From an uncultured Desulfospira sp. (GTDB lineage: Bacteria > Desulfobacterota > Desulfobacteria > Desulfobacterales > Desulfobacteraceae): a DNA stretch of 64,000 nt. Location: the NCBI GenBank assembly GCA_963663165.1, contig OY760175.1, forward strand, positions 64,001 to 128,000, read 5' to 3'. The translations under genes were made by a program, and so were the position numbers. Positions 19,216 to 29,870 of the stretch are shown in pieces; the first letter of the stretch is position 1, and each line of letters starts with the position of its first letter. The notes beneath the pieces are model-generated. The model searched no databases and had not been told where the DNA came from. It saw only the letters and a program-made list of their open reading frames with translations.

Positions 19216-19950
19216 TCAGTTGAAAACAGCGGGTTCGATATGAAAGAGGGGGTGGGGCGTTCCGCATTTTAAAGCCGGCTCCAGCACCGGCGGCCTTTCA
19301 AGATTTTCAAGAACGGCCCGGTGCCCCAGGAGTATCTTTTTGGCCCTGTCGGTGTCTTTGAGCCTCACCGCTTCAAGCAGGTTTTTATGCCCCCGTTGAA
19401 GGTCAAGAATCCGGGAAGCCGCCGGGTCATCGGCCCTGAGCCCGATGTAAATCCTCTGGCAGATTTCCCGGTATTGTGAATCAAGATCGGCATTTCCGGC
19501 CATGCTCAGGAAGGCTTCATGGAATTTTGTATCCAAAAGGAAGACCTGGCGATTCAGGCATCCTGAAATCAGGGCTTCGAGGCGGGTTATTTGGCGGATA
19601 AGGGTTTTGAGTCTCGGGGGCGTCATTCTGCAGATGGCCTGGCCGATAAACCCCACCTCGATGGCCTCACGGATTTCATAAAGATCCTGCTTTTCCTTTA
19701 AAGTCAGACGGTGTACGGAATACCCCTGGTTGGGGATGAAGTCAAGATACCCCTCCCGGGCCAGGATGACCAGGGCATTGTTTACCGGTGTCCGGCTTAC
19801 GTTCAGGTGCCGGGCAATATCGGCAAAGATCAGACGCTGCCCCGGCACCACCTCTGAATTGAGCATGAGTTGAATCAGCCAGTAATAGACTTTATGGGTA
19901 AGGGTATTAAACTGTTTCACCGGATAGTCCTTTTTTTTTCTTGCGCTCAT
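19216..19950 (-). CDS. GntR-family regulator (FCD domain)
   Basis: PGQRL...LNVSRTPV, LYEIREAIE, DTKFH. Confidence 0.9.
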   Translation of the reverse strand: MSARKKKDYPVKQFNTLTHKVYYWLIQLMLNSEVVPGQRLIFADIARHLNVSRTPVNNALVILAREGYLDFIPNQGYSVHRLTLKEKQDLYEIREAIEVGFIGQAICRMTPPRLKTLIRQITRLEALISGCLNRQVFLLDTKFHEAFLSMAGNADLDSQYREICQRIYIGLRADDPAASRILDLQRGHKNLLEAVRLKDTDRAKKILLGHRAVLENLERPPVLEPALKCGTPHPLFHIEPAVFN

Positions 19951-20146
19951 ACCGTTATGTTTTATTTTGTATAACGCAATATATTTAAATAAGCAAGGGG
20001 TGAAAGTTCAAATTTTTTTTGACGGTTTTTCATAGAAGCTTCAAATAAAAAAATGTGGTATAGTATGAAATACTCAAGTTTTTGGCTCTCCGGGGGCAAA
20101 GACCAACCCGGCAGAAAAAATAAAAAAAATTAAAAAGGAGAAAATT

Positions 20147-20644
20147 TTGAATAAAGCGCGTGTATTGCTGGTAGACGATCAAAAAGAATTTGTTGATCTG
20201 ATGAAAGAACGCCTGGAACTTGCCGGCTACAAGGTGACGGGATGTTATGACCCGGACCAGGCCTTAGAAAACATCCAGGCGGCTGAGTATGATGTGGCCA
20301 TTGTTGACCTTATCCTTGGAGAGGCTGACGGTATTACCATCATGCACCGGCTGAAAATTATCAGCCCCCTGATCGAATGTATTGTCCTGTCCGGCCAGGG
20401 CACCCTGAAAATCGCGGTTGAGGCCATGAAACAGGGGGCCTATGATTTTCTTGAAAAACCCTGTGACCAGGAAAAAGTCATCGAGGTCATTGACGGGGCC
20501 TGCAAAATAAAACGGGAGCATGAAAAACGGATTTTCAATGCCGCCAAAAAGGTCAATGCCATTTTTGAAAAGGCCATGGTCGGCGCCACCTTTGCCCAGG
20601 CAGGGGATATGAATACGGCAGAAAACCTGGTCAAGAAAAAGTAA
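20147..20644 (+). CDS. Response regulator (receiver domain with short C-terminal tail)
   Basis: LLVDD, IVD, GAYDFLEKP; C-terminal ATFAQAG motif; TTG start after AGGAG. Confidence 0.88.
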   Translation: MNKARVLLVDDQKEFVDLMKERLELAGYKVTGCYDPDQALENIQAAEYDVAIVDLILGEADGITIMHRLKIISPLIECIVLSGQGTLKIAVEAMKQGAYDFLEKPCDQEKVIEVIDGACKIKREHEKRIFNAAKKVNAIFEKAMVGATFAQAGDMNTAENLVKKK

Positions 20645-22256
20645 ACCGGTCTTTTTGGGGATCAAACCGGGCCGGATGAGCCAGAACAAACCGGTCAACC
20701 GGCCCGGGATTTTCTTCATGGACAAGGCTTAATGCATGGTACCTGAAAAAGGGCCATGCATTGGCCTGCCCTGGTTCAACAAGACGGTCTAAATCAGGGG
20801 GGGGCTGGTGTTTTAATTTGCCAAATTCTTTTTGGGTCAAAAAGGCGATGATCTTTTTTTGAGCGGTATGGCCCCGGACGTATGACCGGACGGCCCGTAG
20901 AAAAAAACAGACCGCCGCAACCTTTGCTTCGCGGACCGGTTTTTTACGGGTAAAATCCAGGTGGGATCTGATTTGCCGGCGGTACTTTTCTTTTTCTTTG
21001 TCTGAAAGGTTCCGGTATCCCCTATGACCTTTCAGGCCGGCCTGCTTAAGCTTCCCCATTACGGCCGGGATCATGTTTTTACGATGAATTCTGGGACTTT
21101 CGTCAAAAATTTCAAAATACTCTTTAATGCTTCGCATGCCCGGCGGGGTGAGATCTTCGTTACCGTTATCCAGCAGAATGGATTCCACCTGAACATCCAG
21201 CAGATGATCCAGAAAAAAACGGTCTGATGTTTTTCCCACCACCTCCAGGGGTTTAAAATAATCCTTGAGCAGGGCCTGTCTGCCCTGAAGCCGGACCGGG
21301 AAATAGGGGGTGGTTTTAGACACCGCAATTTTCCGGTGCCCCATGGGGTAAAGGGCGGATGTAAAGGTCGGGATAATGATAAACGCGCCGTCCGGGGTGA
21401 TTTCACTGCCGTAGGCGTCGGTGATGGAGGGCTTTACCGTTGTAAAATCCTCATCTAATCCGGCCGGGATCAAAAGGGTGTCCGTATCATGCTGTTTGGG
21501 CAAACAAATCCCTGCAACCTGTTCAATGGCCTTTACCCGTTCCCTGTTTCGTGACGTCAGGCTGACGGAAAAATTAACCTGGTGTTGAATTAACCGCTTG
21601 AGCTGTAAGGTCTTTTTTTTGGGGACCTTGGTTAAAATGCTGTAGGGGGTTTTCCCACAGGGCAGAATATCGTCAAACCCCAGGGGGGGATCTTCCCAGT
21701 CCAAAGGGTCTGACGCCCCGTAAAGGGCCGGATCAGGGTTATGGGACCGGCTGAATTTTTCAAGAAAATATTGGACGGCTTCCCCGGTAAAATGGGCCCG
21801 GACTTTGGGCAGGGCCCACTCGTTGCACCGCCGGCAGAAATTGGAGCAGCCTGTGGTCATCTGGAAGGTAATGGCGGTTTCATAAAGGCGATTCTCCTGC
21901 CAGGGGGCTAAATCCTGTTTTTCAAGCCACTGCTCGGCACTGATATAACGAACCGGGCCGGACTGGTTTTTAACCACATCCCGAAGCAGGGCCTGAAGTT
22001 GTCTGTAACCATCTTTCAAGGCCGGAAAATCTTCTTTAAAGCGTTTGGCAGCCACCTGAATCTGGCGCAGGGCTTTTTCATGGTTTTCCGGCAGGTCCGG
22101 TGACAGAGAAACCGCTTTGTCCCAGATGGTTTTATACAGATCCCGGGCACTGTCCCTGTCCCGGGCATACAAGGCGGCTAAGAATTTATTTTTTAACCCT
22201 TCAAAGGCCGGTTCTTCAGGCTGGATCAGGCAGGTGTTGTTAAATGCATTTATCAT
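20631..22256 (-). CDS. Radical SAM protein of unknown function
   Basis: QMTTGCSNFCRRC (CxxxCxxC), YGASDPLDW; start set to MINAF at 22256. Confidence 0.75.
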   Translation of the reverse strand: MINAFNNTCLIQPEEPAFEGLKNKFLAALYARDRDSARDLYKTIWDKAVSLSPDLPENHEKALRQIQVAAKRFKEDFPALKDGYRQLQALLRDVVKNQSGPVRYISAEQWLEKQDLAPWQENRLYETAITFQMTTGCSNFCRRCNEWALPKVRAHFTGEAVQYFLEKFSRSHNPDPALYGASDPLDWEDPPLGFDDILPCGKTPYSILTKVPKKKTLQLKRLIQHQVNFSVSLTSRNRERVKAIEQVAGICLPKQHDTDTLLIPAGLDEDFTTVKPSITDAYGSEITPDGAFIIIPTFTSALYPMGHRKIAVSKTTPYFPVRLQGRQALLKDYFKPLEVVGKTSDRFFLDHLLDVQVESILLDNGNEDLTPPGMRSIKEYFEIFDESPRIHRKNMIPAVMGKLKQAGLKGHRGYRNLSDKEKEKYRRQIRSHLDFTRKKPVREAKVAAVCFFLRAVRSYVRGHTAQKKIIAFLTQKEFGKLKHQPPPDLDRLVEPGQANAWPFFRYHALSLVHEENPGPVDRFVLAHPARFDPQKDRFTFS

Positions 22257-22555
22257 GGCAAGTGGCCGGCATGGGAACAAACCGGAAAGGGGTTGACTGA
22301 TGTTAAAACTTTAATTCAAAGATATGATAAAAACCATAGCGCCATAACCGTATCCAAGTGTGTTAACCCCAAAGGGAAAGAACACTGGGTTGTCCGGTGC
22401 CTTTGCCATTTAATATCATGTCGATCTTAAAATTCCAACTACCATTAAACCATTAATTAGTGTTACAATTAGCCGGCGCATACGGACCACATTCTTGGCA
22501 ATTGATTTTTCCACGTCAGTCTATATTTTCAATGAATCACGGGAGGGAATCAGGG

Positions 22556-25393
22556 GTGGCTTTTAAACCCGACGATAAAGAACTCAAAGCACAGGTTCGC
22601 CAATTGAAGAAAGAGCTGATTTCCCGGGAACAGACCATCGAATCCCTGGAAAGAAGCCAGAAACGATACCGTTCCCTGGTGGAGACCAGTTCCGACTGGT
22701 TGTGGGAAGTGGACACGACGGGCTGCTACGTTTATTCAAACCCGGGGATACGCGACATTCTCGGATATGAACCCGAAGACGTTATCGGGCGCACCCCCTT
22801 TGATTTCATGCCCGAAGATGAGGCCAGGCGGCTGGCAGAGGGGTTTGGCAAAATCATCGCCAGCCAGCGCCCCTTTGAACTGCTGGAGAATGTGAACCTT
22901 CACCGGGATGGCCGGCGGCTTGTCCTTGAGACCAGCGGGGTCCCGGTGTTTGACGCTGAGGGGCAATTCACGGGCTATCGGGGAATCGACCGGGACATCA
23001 CCAAGAGAAAACAGGTGGAGGATGAACTGCGGAAAATCAGTAGTGAGCTGGAAATCCGGGTGGAAGAACGGACTGCAAAGCTGTCGGCCATGAATGCCGC
23101 TTTAGAGACAGAGATCAACGATCGCAAGCGGGCTGAAGATGAACTCAAACTGGCAAAAGAACTGGCTGAAGAAGCGACCAAAGCCAAGTCTGAGTTTCTG
23201 GCCAATATGAGCCATGAAGTCCGCACCCCCATGAATGCCATCATTGGGCTGAACCATTTACTTGGCCGTACAACGCTGACGAAAAAACAAAAGGATTACG
23301 TGGCCAAAATCGATGCCAGCGCTCAAAGCCTGCTGGGCATTATCATCGATATTCTGGACTTTTCAAAAATAGAAGCCGGGAAACTGAAAATTGAGAATAC
23401 CGGGTTTGACCTGGAATCTGTATTTGATGACCTTTCCAATATCATCAGTATCAAGGCGGCCCAAAAAGGGATTGAGCTGGTATTTGATGTGGCAGGGGAT
23501 GTCCCCTTCGCGCTCAACGGCGACCCATTGCGGCTGGGCCAGATCCTGCTGAACCTGGCCAACAACGCCGTCAAATTTACCGAACAGGGTGAGATTAAAA
23601 TCAGCTGCCGGGTAGAAGTACAAGGTAAAGATTTTGTTGTCTTATATTTCAGCGTCAAGGATACCGGGATCGGCATGAGCGAAGACCAGAAAAATCATCT
23701 GTTTCAGGCATTTTCCCAGGCAGATACGTCGATTTCCCGCAAATACGGCGGCACCGGCCTGGGGTTGACCATTTCCAAAAATCTAAGCGAGTTGATGGGC
23801 GGCCGTATCGGGGTGAAAAGCTGTTACGGAAAGGGCAGTGAATTCTTTTTTACAGTCCGTCTGGGGGTCCAGCAACCGGGGCAGCAAAAAAAACATATTT
23901 GTCCTGATACGTTAAAGGATCTCAGGGTTCTGGTAGTGGATGACAACGAATCCGCCCGGCTGGTTATGGGAAATTATCTCAAGGATTTTGATTTCTTGGT
24001 TGATTGCGTGGAATCCGGTGAGCGTGCCGTTCAATGGGTGTCAGATGCCATAAAAAAAAGTCGCCCGTATCAGCTGATTTTCATGGATTGGCAGATGGGG
24101 GGGATGGATGGCCTTCAAGCATCCCAAAAGATTCTGGGCCTGGCCGGCCAGAAGACAATGCCCCAAATTATCATGGTCACCAGCTATGGGCGCGAGGACA
24201 TCATGGAGAAGGCCTGGTTTGAAGGCATCAATACCTTTTTGATTAAGCCGGTCAGCCAGTCCCTGGTTTTTGATACGATTGTTCAGGCCTTTGGCCAAAG
24301 CAAACCAGACCATAATAGCACTGAAGATATAGATATTCAAAAGCCCTACGACCTGGAGGCTGTCAGGGGGGCGAGAATTCTGCTGGTTGAAGATAATGAG
24401 GTTAATCAGCAGGTGGCCGTGGAGTTGCTGGAATCTGAGCAGCTTGTGGTTGACGTGGCCGCAGATGGAAAAGAAGGACTTGATAAATATCTGGCGTCCG
24501 CTGACACCCCTTATGACCTCATATTGATGGATTTACAAATGCCGGTTATGGATGGCATTACCGCCGCCCGGTGGATCATGGAAAATACTGATTTTAAGGT
24601 TCCGCCGATCATTGCCATGACGGAGGATGCCATGAGCGGTGTTGAAAAAAGGGTATTGGAAGTGGGGATGAAAGATTATGTCATCAAGCCCATTAATCCT
24701 ACAGAACTTTTTCTGGCCCTTGAAAAATGGATTCAGCCATTCAAAAGAAAATTAATTAAAAAGAAAACAAGTTCAGATGACGCCCCTGAAATTGAAATGC
24801 CTGAAATTGAAGGGGTGAATGTTGAAGATGGGGTAAACCGGATCGGTGGAAGTACCGCTGCCTATGTCAAGGTCTTAAGAACGTTTATCAACCGGAACAA
24901 AGGGTTTAAAGAACAGGTCAAAGACGCTTTAAACAGCAACGACCGGCAGGGCGCGGTCCGTTTGGCGCATACCCTGAAAGGGGTGTCCGGCAACATCGGC
25001 GCCATGGCCTTATTTGAGTTAAGCCGAGATTTGGAAACCTGTTTGAAAAAAGAGGGGGCGCTGGATATGAATCGGGTCGATAAATGTCTGGACATTACCG
25101 ATAACGAGCTTGCGCGAACCATAACAGCCATTTCTCATGCCCTGGCCCAAATTAAAATGCCGGATTCCCCGTCGGGAAACCGGCAAATGGATCCACAGGC
25201 CTTTCAACAGCTTGTCCAACAGCTGGAAACCGCCCTCAAAGAGTATGACACCCAGGCGTCTGAACTGCTTTCCCAATTAGAAGGGGCGTCAAGTGACCCC
25301 CAATTTTTACAGACCGCTTCCCAAATGCGGCAGTTCATTGATGCCTTCGACTATTCCGGGGCTTTGGAACTCCTGGGGCATATCAAAATCTAG
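22556..25393 (+). CDS. Hybrid histidine kinase (PAS-HisKA-HATPase-REC-REC-Hpt)
   Basis: FLANMSHEVRTPMN, NLANNAVKFT, DTGIG, GGTGLGL, two receiver domains, LAHTLKG Hpt; GTG start after GGGAGG. Confidence 0.95.
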   Translation: MAFKPDDKELKAQVRQLKKELISREQTIESLERSQKRYRSLVETSSDWLWEVDTTGCYVYSNPGIRDILGYEPEDVIGRTPFDFMPEDEARRLAEGFGKIIASQRPFELLENVNLHRDGRRLVLETSGVPVFDAEGQFTGYRGIDRDITKRKQVEDELRKISSELEIRVEERTAKLSAMNAALETEINDRKRAEDELKLAKELAEEATKAKSEFLANMSHEVRTPMNAIIGLNHLLGRTTLTKKQKDYVAKIDASAQSLLGIIIDILDFSKIEAGKLKIENTGFDLESVFDDLSNIISIKAAQKGIELVFDVAGDVPFALNGDPLRLGQILLNLANNAVKFTEQGEIKISCRVEVQGKDFVVLYFSVKDTGIGMSEDQKNHLFQAFSQADTSISRKYGGTGLGLTISKNLSELMGGRIGVKSCYGKGSEFFFTVRLGVQQPGQQKKHICPDTLKDLRVLVVDDNESARLVMGNYLKDFDFLVDCVESGERAVQWVSDAIKKSRPYQLIFMDWQMGGMDGLQASQKILGLAGQKTMPQIIMVTSYGREDIMEKAWFEGINTFLIKPVSQSLVFDTIVQAFGQSKPDHNSTEDIDIQKPYDLEAVRGARILLVEDNEVNQQVAVELLESEQLVVDVAADGKEGLDKYLASADTPYDLILMDLQMPVMDGITAARWIMENTDFKVPPIIAMTEDAMSGVEKRVLEVGMKDYVIKPINPTELFLALEKWIQPFKRKLIKKKTSSDDAPEIEMPEIEGVNVEDGVNRIGGSTAAYVKVLRTFINRNKGFKEQVKDALNSNDRQGAVRLAHTLKGVSGNIGAMALFELSRDLETCLKKEGALDMNRVDKCLDITDNELARTITAISHALAQIKMPDSPSGNRQMDPQAFQQLVQQLETALKEYDTQASELLSQLEGASSDPQFLQTASQMRQFIDAFDYSGALELLGHIKI

Positions 25394-27342
25394 ATATCAA
25401 GGGCTGCATGATGGCCCTGGTACATGGCCGTGGTGATGGTCGATGCCTGAACACAATCACCGATCTGGGCAACTATGGGGGCGGCATCAAGCAGCGACGC
25501 CACCACATCACGCCGGGGGGCCTGGCCAAATGCCGTTATTACGGTATCACATGCAAATTCAACGGGTTTTCCCGCTTTGTCTGTGCAGACAACAACCGTA
25601 TCCGCCGTAATCTGTTCGGCCTTTGTTTCAAGCACCACCTTAATGCCGTGCTTCTTAATTTCATTGAGCAGGATCGGACGGTGCCGGATGTTGGCATCCG
25701 GGGCCAGCTCGCCCTGCATTTCAATCAGGGTGGTGTTTTTGCCTTCAAGGGCCATGTGTACGGCTGTTTCACACCCGGAAAGCCCCCCCCCGATCACCAC
25801 AATGTCCTGGCCCACCTTGTCCTGGTGTTTATAATAGTCATTGACAACAATCACATGGCTGCCGTCAAGGCCGGGAATGGGCGGGGCCAAAGGACGGGAG
25901 CCCACCGCAACAATCAGCACGTCAGGATCAAAGGATGCGGCCAATTCCGGGGTAACCGCCGTATTGAGTTGAATCTTTACCCCTTCTTTTCTGGCAATGG
26001 TTTCCAGAGTCACACCAAGCCGGTACATGGGCAGCTTAAAGGGCAGGGCCTGCTCGCTGACCAGGATGCCGCCCGCCACATTTGCCTTTTCGCACAGGGT
26101 CACGTCATGTCCCCGCCTTGCCGCGGTAATGGCGGCCTGCAAGCCACCGGGACCGGCACCGGCGATGAGGACTTTTTTAGATTTGGCGGCCGGAAGGATC
26201 TCCATGGCATTGAGTTCCCGGCCGATCACCGGATTGACCGCACACCGCCGGGTGGATGTTATGGCCCGTTCGGCCATACAGACAAAACATCTCAGGCAGT
26301 GAACAATTTCATCATCCCGGTTGGTCATCACTTTTTTGGGCAGTTCCGGGTCGGCCAGCAGGGCACGGGCCATTTCGACCACGTCGGCTTTGCCGGTGGC
26401 CAGAATTTCTTCCATTTTTTCCGGGTCATTTAACCCGCCCACGGTGGCGACGGGCACCTTGACATGTTTTTTAATGTGTTCTGCCAGATAGACGTTGCTG
26501 CCGTGGGGCAGAAACATGGAGGGGTGGGTAACGGCAAACCCCTGCTGATAGGTTCCCGCAGAGATATGAAGCAGGTCAACACGATCCTCAACCAGCTGGG
26601 CAATCTTAACCCCTTCATCCAGATCATACCCCCCGTCAAACAATTCTGAACCGCTCATGCGAAATTCGATGGGAAATCCTGGTCCCACAGCCTTTCTGAC
26701 ACTTTCCAGCACCTGTTGGGCAAACCGGACCCGGTTTTCAAGGCTTCCGCCGTATTCATCGGTCCGTTTGTTAAAATAAGGGGATAAGAACTGGTTGATC
26801 AGCCATCCGTGTCCTCCGTGAACCATGATCATTTCAAAACCGGCCCTTTTGGCGATGCCGGCGCACTCTCCATAGGATTTGACTATGTCCTGAATCAGCT
26901 CGCGGGTTAACGCCTTGACTGCTTTACCGTCAGGTCTGACCCCGTCGCTTGGCCCCCACTGGTTTAACCCGGTTTTTTTATTTTTATCGGTCAGATAGGT
27001 CCCCGCATATTGACCCGAATGGGACAGTTCCATACTGGCGATGGCGCCGTGGCGCCGGATAGCGTCTGCGGTATAAGTGAAGCTGGCCAGGGAATCAACG
27101 GTCGTAAGATCAAGGTGGAACATATGAGACCCGTCGGTTTCAGGGTGAACCACCACTTCACTGACCGTGACCGAGGCCACCCCGCCTTTGGCGCGGTATT
27201 CATAGAAGGCCGTTGATTTCGGGCCGATGGTACAGTCCGCTGTAATGTCGGTTCCCCCCATGGGGGCGCCAAACATCCGGTTTCTAAAATGGACATTCCC
27301 GATTTTGATGGGCCGTGACAGATGCGGATATTTTCGGTTCAT
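25390..27342 (-). CDS. NADH:flavin oxidoreductase (Old Yellow Enzyme / 2,4-dienoyl-CoA reductase-like, Fe-S + FAD domains)
   Basis: HGGHGWLINQFLSP, RTDEYGGSLENR, CLRCFVC...CAVNP, GAGPGG, GGGLSG. Confidence 0.9.
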   Translation of the reverse strand: MNRKYPHLSRPIKIGNVHFRNRMFGAPMGGTDITADCTIGPKSTAFYEYRAKGGVASVTVSEVVVHPETDGSHMFHLDLTTVDSLASFTYTADAIRRHGAIASMELSHSGQYAGTYLTDKNKKTGLNQWGPSDGVRPDGKAVKALTRELIQDIVKSYGECAGIAKRAGFEMIMVHGGHGWLINQFLSPYFNKRTDEYGGSLENRVRFAQQVLESVRKAVGPGFPIEFRMSGSELFDGGYDLDEGVKIAQLVEDRVDLLHISAGTYQQGFAVTHPSMFLPHGSNVYLAEHIKKHVKVPVATVGGLNDPEKMEEILATGKADVVEMARALLADPELPKKVMTNRDDEIVHCLRCFVCMAERAITSTRRCAVNPVIGRELNAMEILPAAKSKKVLIAGAGPGGLQAAITAARRGHDVTLCEKANVAGGILVSEQALPFKLPMYRLGVTLETIARKEGVKIQLNTAVTPELAASFDPDVLIVAVGSRPLAPPIPGLDGSHVIVVNDYYKHQDKVGQDIVVIGGGLSGCETAVHMALEGKNTTLIEMQGELAPDANIRHRPILLNEIKKHGIKVVLETKAEQITADTVVVCTDKAGKPVEFACDTVITAFGQAPRRDVVASLLDAAPIVAQIGDCVQASTITTAMYQGHHAALDI

Positions 27343-27401
27343 TTTTAATCGTCCTTTCCCTTGTCTGATGTCTGGCTATAAGAAATTGTTATAATTCATT
27401 T

Positions 27402-27437
27402 AATAAAAGAGGGGAGCCTGAAACCAAGCCCCCCTCT
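27402..27437 (-). terminator. Terminator of the dsr operon
   Basis: AAGAGGGG / CCCCTCTT stem with a T-tract on the minus strand. Confidence 0.6.
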
Positions 27438-27479
27438 TCAATCCGATATAGGCGGTTCTCTTATTTTAGAAAGAGATCA

Positions 27480-28637
27480 CTAACCCTTGACTTCTTCTTT
27501 AACCGTACATGCGAGTTTGTAAAGAATGGTCAAAATCAAAAATCCTGTGGCATAAACCGCCAGGGTAATGATGATTTCCTTTCCTGTGGGCGCATATTCG
27601 GTCACATGGTGGAGGGGAGAGGGAACAAACCCGCCGGAGATCATGCCTAGTCCCTTGTCGATCCAGGCGCCGATAAAGATCATAGCGCAGGTGACCGGCA
27701 GCAGGGTCGGGTTGCTTCTCAGGTTGGGAATGATCAGGAAAACAGCTCCCAAGGCCATGAGGATCAGGCCGGTCCACATCCAGGGCACCAGGGCATTGTA
27801 ACCGTGGTATCCGAATAAGAGATATCCGATATGGGCTTTATGGCCCGGGATGTTGGAGTAGTAAACCACAAAACATTCACACAAAAAGAAGAACAGGTTG
27901 GCAATAATGGCCCAGCAGACGATCTTTGAAAGGGTCTGCATGGCTTCCCAGCCCGGATCAAACTTGGTGAACTTTCTGATCAGGTAGCACAGGATGATCA
28001 AGAAGGCGGGCCCGGCCGCAAAGGCTGAGGCCAGGAACCGGGGGGCCAGGATGGCGGTCAGCCAGTAACCCCGTCCGGGAAGGCCGCAGTAAAGGTAGGC
28101 CGTAACCGTGTGGATCCCGATGGCAAAGGGAATGGACACGTAAACCAGGGGTTTGGTCCACCAGACCGGTTCCACCTGGTTTCTCTCGGCTTCCAGCACC
28201 TTCCATCCCACCACAATGTTCAAGAACAGGTAACCGTTCAGAACGATCATGTCATAGAACAGCATGGAGTGGGGGGTCGGGTAAAGCAGCACATTGAGCA
28301 TCCGGATGGGCTGGCCCAAGTCAACCACGATGAACAGAAGGCACATAATCAGGCTGGCCACGGCCAGGAATTCGCCCAGGATGGTGATCCGGTGGAATCT
28401 TTCATAATCATGCAGATAATAGGGAATGACCACCATAACGCCGCCTGCGGCCACACCAACCAGAAAGGTAAAGTTGGCAATGTAAAATCCCCAGGAGACG
28501 TCCCGGCTCATGCCGGTGATCATCAGGCCGTTGATGAACTGGTCAAGGTAAACGAGTGCGCCGGCTCCCATGACAGCGAGCAGACAGACTATCCATATCC
28601 AGTAGTTTTTGCTTCCTTTTAAAGCTATCTCAAGCAT
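27480..28637 (-). CDS. dsrP: DsrP, NrfD/PsrC-family membrane protein
   Basis: TGMSRDVSWGFYIANFTFLVGVAA, DLGQP; operon position. Confidence 0.93.
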   Translation of the reverse strand: MLEIALKGSKNYWIWIVCLLAVMGAGALVYLDQFINGLMITGMSRDVSWGFYIANFTFLVGVAAGGVMVVIPYYLHDYERFHRITILGEFLAVASLIMCLLFIVVDLGQPIRMLNVLLYPTPHSMLFYDMIVLNGYLFLNIVVGWKVLEAERNQVEPVWWTKPLVYVSIPFAIGIHTVTAYLYCGLPGRGYWLTAILAPRFLASAFAAGPAFLIILCYLIRKFTKFDPGWEAMQTLSKIVCWAIIANLFFFLCECFVVYYSNIPGHKAHIGYLLFGYHGYNALVPWMWTGLILMALGAVFLIIPNLRSNPTLLPVTCAMIFIGAWIDKGLGMISGGFVPSPLHHVTEYAPTGKEIIITLAVYATGFLILTILYKLACTVKEEVKG

Positions 28638-28651
28638 ATCCGCCGCTCCTT

Positions 28652-29476
28652 TTACATGATGTAGTAAACAGAGGGTTCGGTGCCCAGGGACTGTTTACGT
28701 CTGATTGTATAATGTTCTTTCAAGATGGTCCTGATTTCGGAGTCCGGATTTTCCAGGTCCCCGACCACGATGGCACCTTCACTGGCTTCAACGCAGTAAG
28801 GCTGAAGTCCTTTGGCCAGGCGTTCAGCGCAAAGGTTGCATTTTTCAACCACACCTTTGGTCCTTGTGGGAAAGCTTGGGTCTGTCTCGGCGATAAAAGG
28901 ACGGGGATCTCTGAAGTTAAAATTCCGTGATCCGTAGGGGCATGCCGCCATGCAGAACCGGCAGCCGATGCACCGGTGATAGTCCATGATGACAATGCCG
29001 TCCGGCCGTTTAAAGGTTGCCTGGGTGGGACAGGCCTGAACACAGGGGGCGTTTTTGCAGTGGTTGCAGGTGACCAGGAAGGGCAGGTGATGGTACTTTT
29101 CTGCCAGGAATTCGTCTTCCTTGTCCGGAAATGCATTGTGGAAATGCTCTTCCCAGATCCACTTGATTTCCTGGGTCATTTTGGCCGGCCGGGTGTTGGG
29201 GTATTTTTCTTCGTCCGGCTCCATGGTGAAGTCCGGCACGTTGTGGTGGCTGTGGCAGGCCTCGACAACATGTTCAACGATTTCTTCGGTCAGCTTGGTG
29301 GTATCAATGACCATTCCCCAGCGCTCGGCGTGGAGGGCCTCTTTATTTGTTGTTTTTACGGCCTGAGCCGGTCCGTGGGAGTCAGATGCGGCAAGGTTCA
29401 TTGCCGGAGCAGCACCCAATCCGACGGCAGCAATTCCCGCTACTTTAAGAAAGCTTCTTCTGCTCTTTTTCATCAT
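28652..29476 (-). CDS. dsrO: DsrO, periplasmic Fe-S protein
   Basis: Tat signal SRRSFLK, CNHCKNAPC, CIGCRFCMAACP, EKCNLC. Confidence 0.93.
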   Translation of the reverse strand: MMKKSRRSFLKVAGIAAVGLGAAPAMNLAASDSHGPAQAVKTTNKEALHAERWGMVIDTTKLTEEIVEHVVEACHSHHNVPDFTMEPDEEKYPNTRPAKMTQEIKWIWEEHFHNAFPDKEDEFLAEKYHHLPFLVTCNHCKNAPCVQACPTQATFKRPDGIVIMDYHRCIGCRFCMAACPYGSRNFNFRDPRPFIAETDPSFPTRTKGVVEKCNLCAERLAKGLQPYCVEASEGAIVVGDLENPDSEIRTILKEHYTIRRKQSLGTEPSVYYIM

Positions 29477-29868
29477 TCAATCTCCTTGGGGTTGGTGTGG
29501 CAGTCCCAGCAGTAGGGGCTTACCGATGCGTAATTGTGGCAGGAATCACAGAATTTGCCTTTGTCTTCATGGCAGCCAAGGCAGGAGTTTTCTCCGGTTG
29601 ACAGGCTCATTTCAAAGGTGTGGCCGTTGGTTCCGGTATACTTTCTGTCACCGTTTCTGACAACGGAATCCCGCCATTCATCCAGAAGGGACATGTGGTT
29701 GGCCCGCATGTCAAACTTGCTCAAGACGCATTTTTTCTCTGCTTTTGCCTTGCCGAGCAGTTCAGGCTCCGGCGCTGCGGCCGTGGTGGTGACCAGATTG
29801 AACCAGAAAGGAGTGAGCACGGCAAAAACAAAAATTACCAGCCCGGTAACGATCATGTTTTTATTCAT
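29473..29868 (-). CDS. dsrJ: DsrJ, triheme cytochrome c
   Basis: Three CxxCH motifs (CLGCH, CDSCH, CWDCH), MRANHM..L..WRDSVVR. Confidence 0.95.
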   Translation of the reverse strand: MNKNMIVTGLVIFVFAVLTPFWFNLVTTTAAAPEPELLGKAKAEKKCVLSKFDMRANHMSLLDEWRDSVVRNGDRKYTGTNGHTFEMSLSTGENSCLGCHEDKGKFCDSCHNYASVSPYCWDCHTNPKEIE

Positions 29869-29870
29869 CT

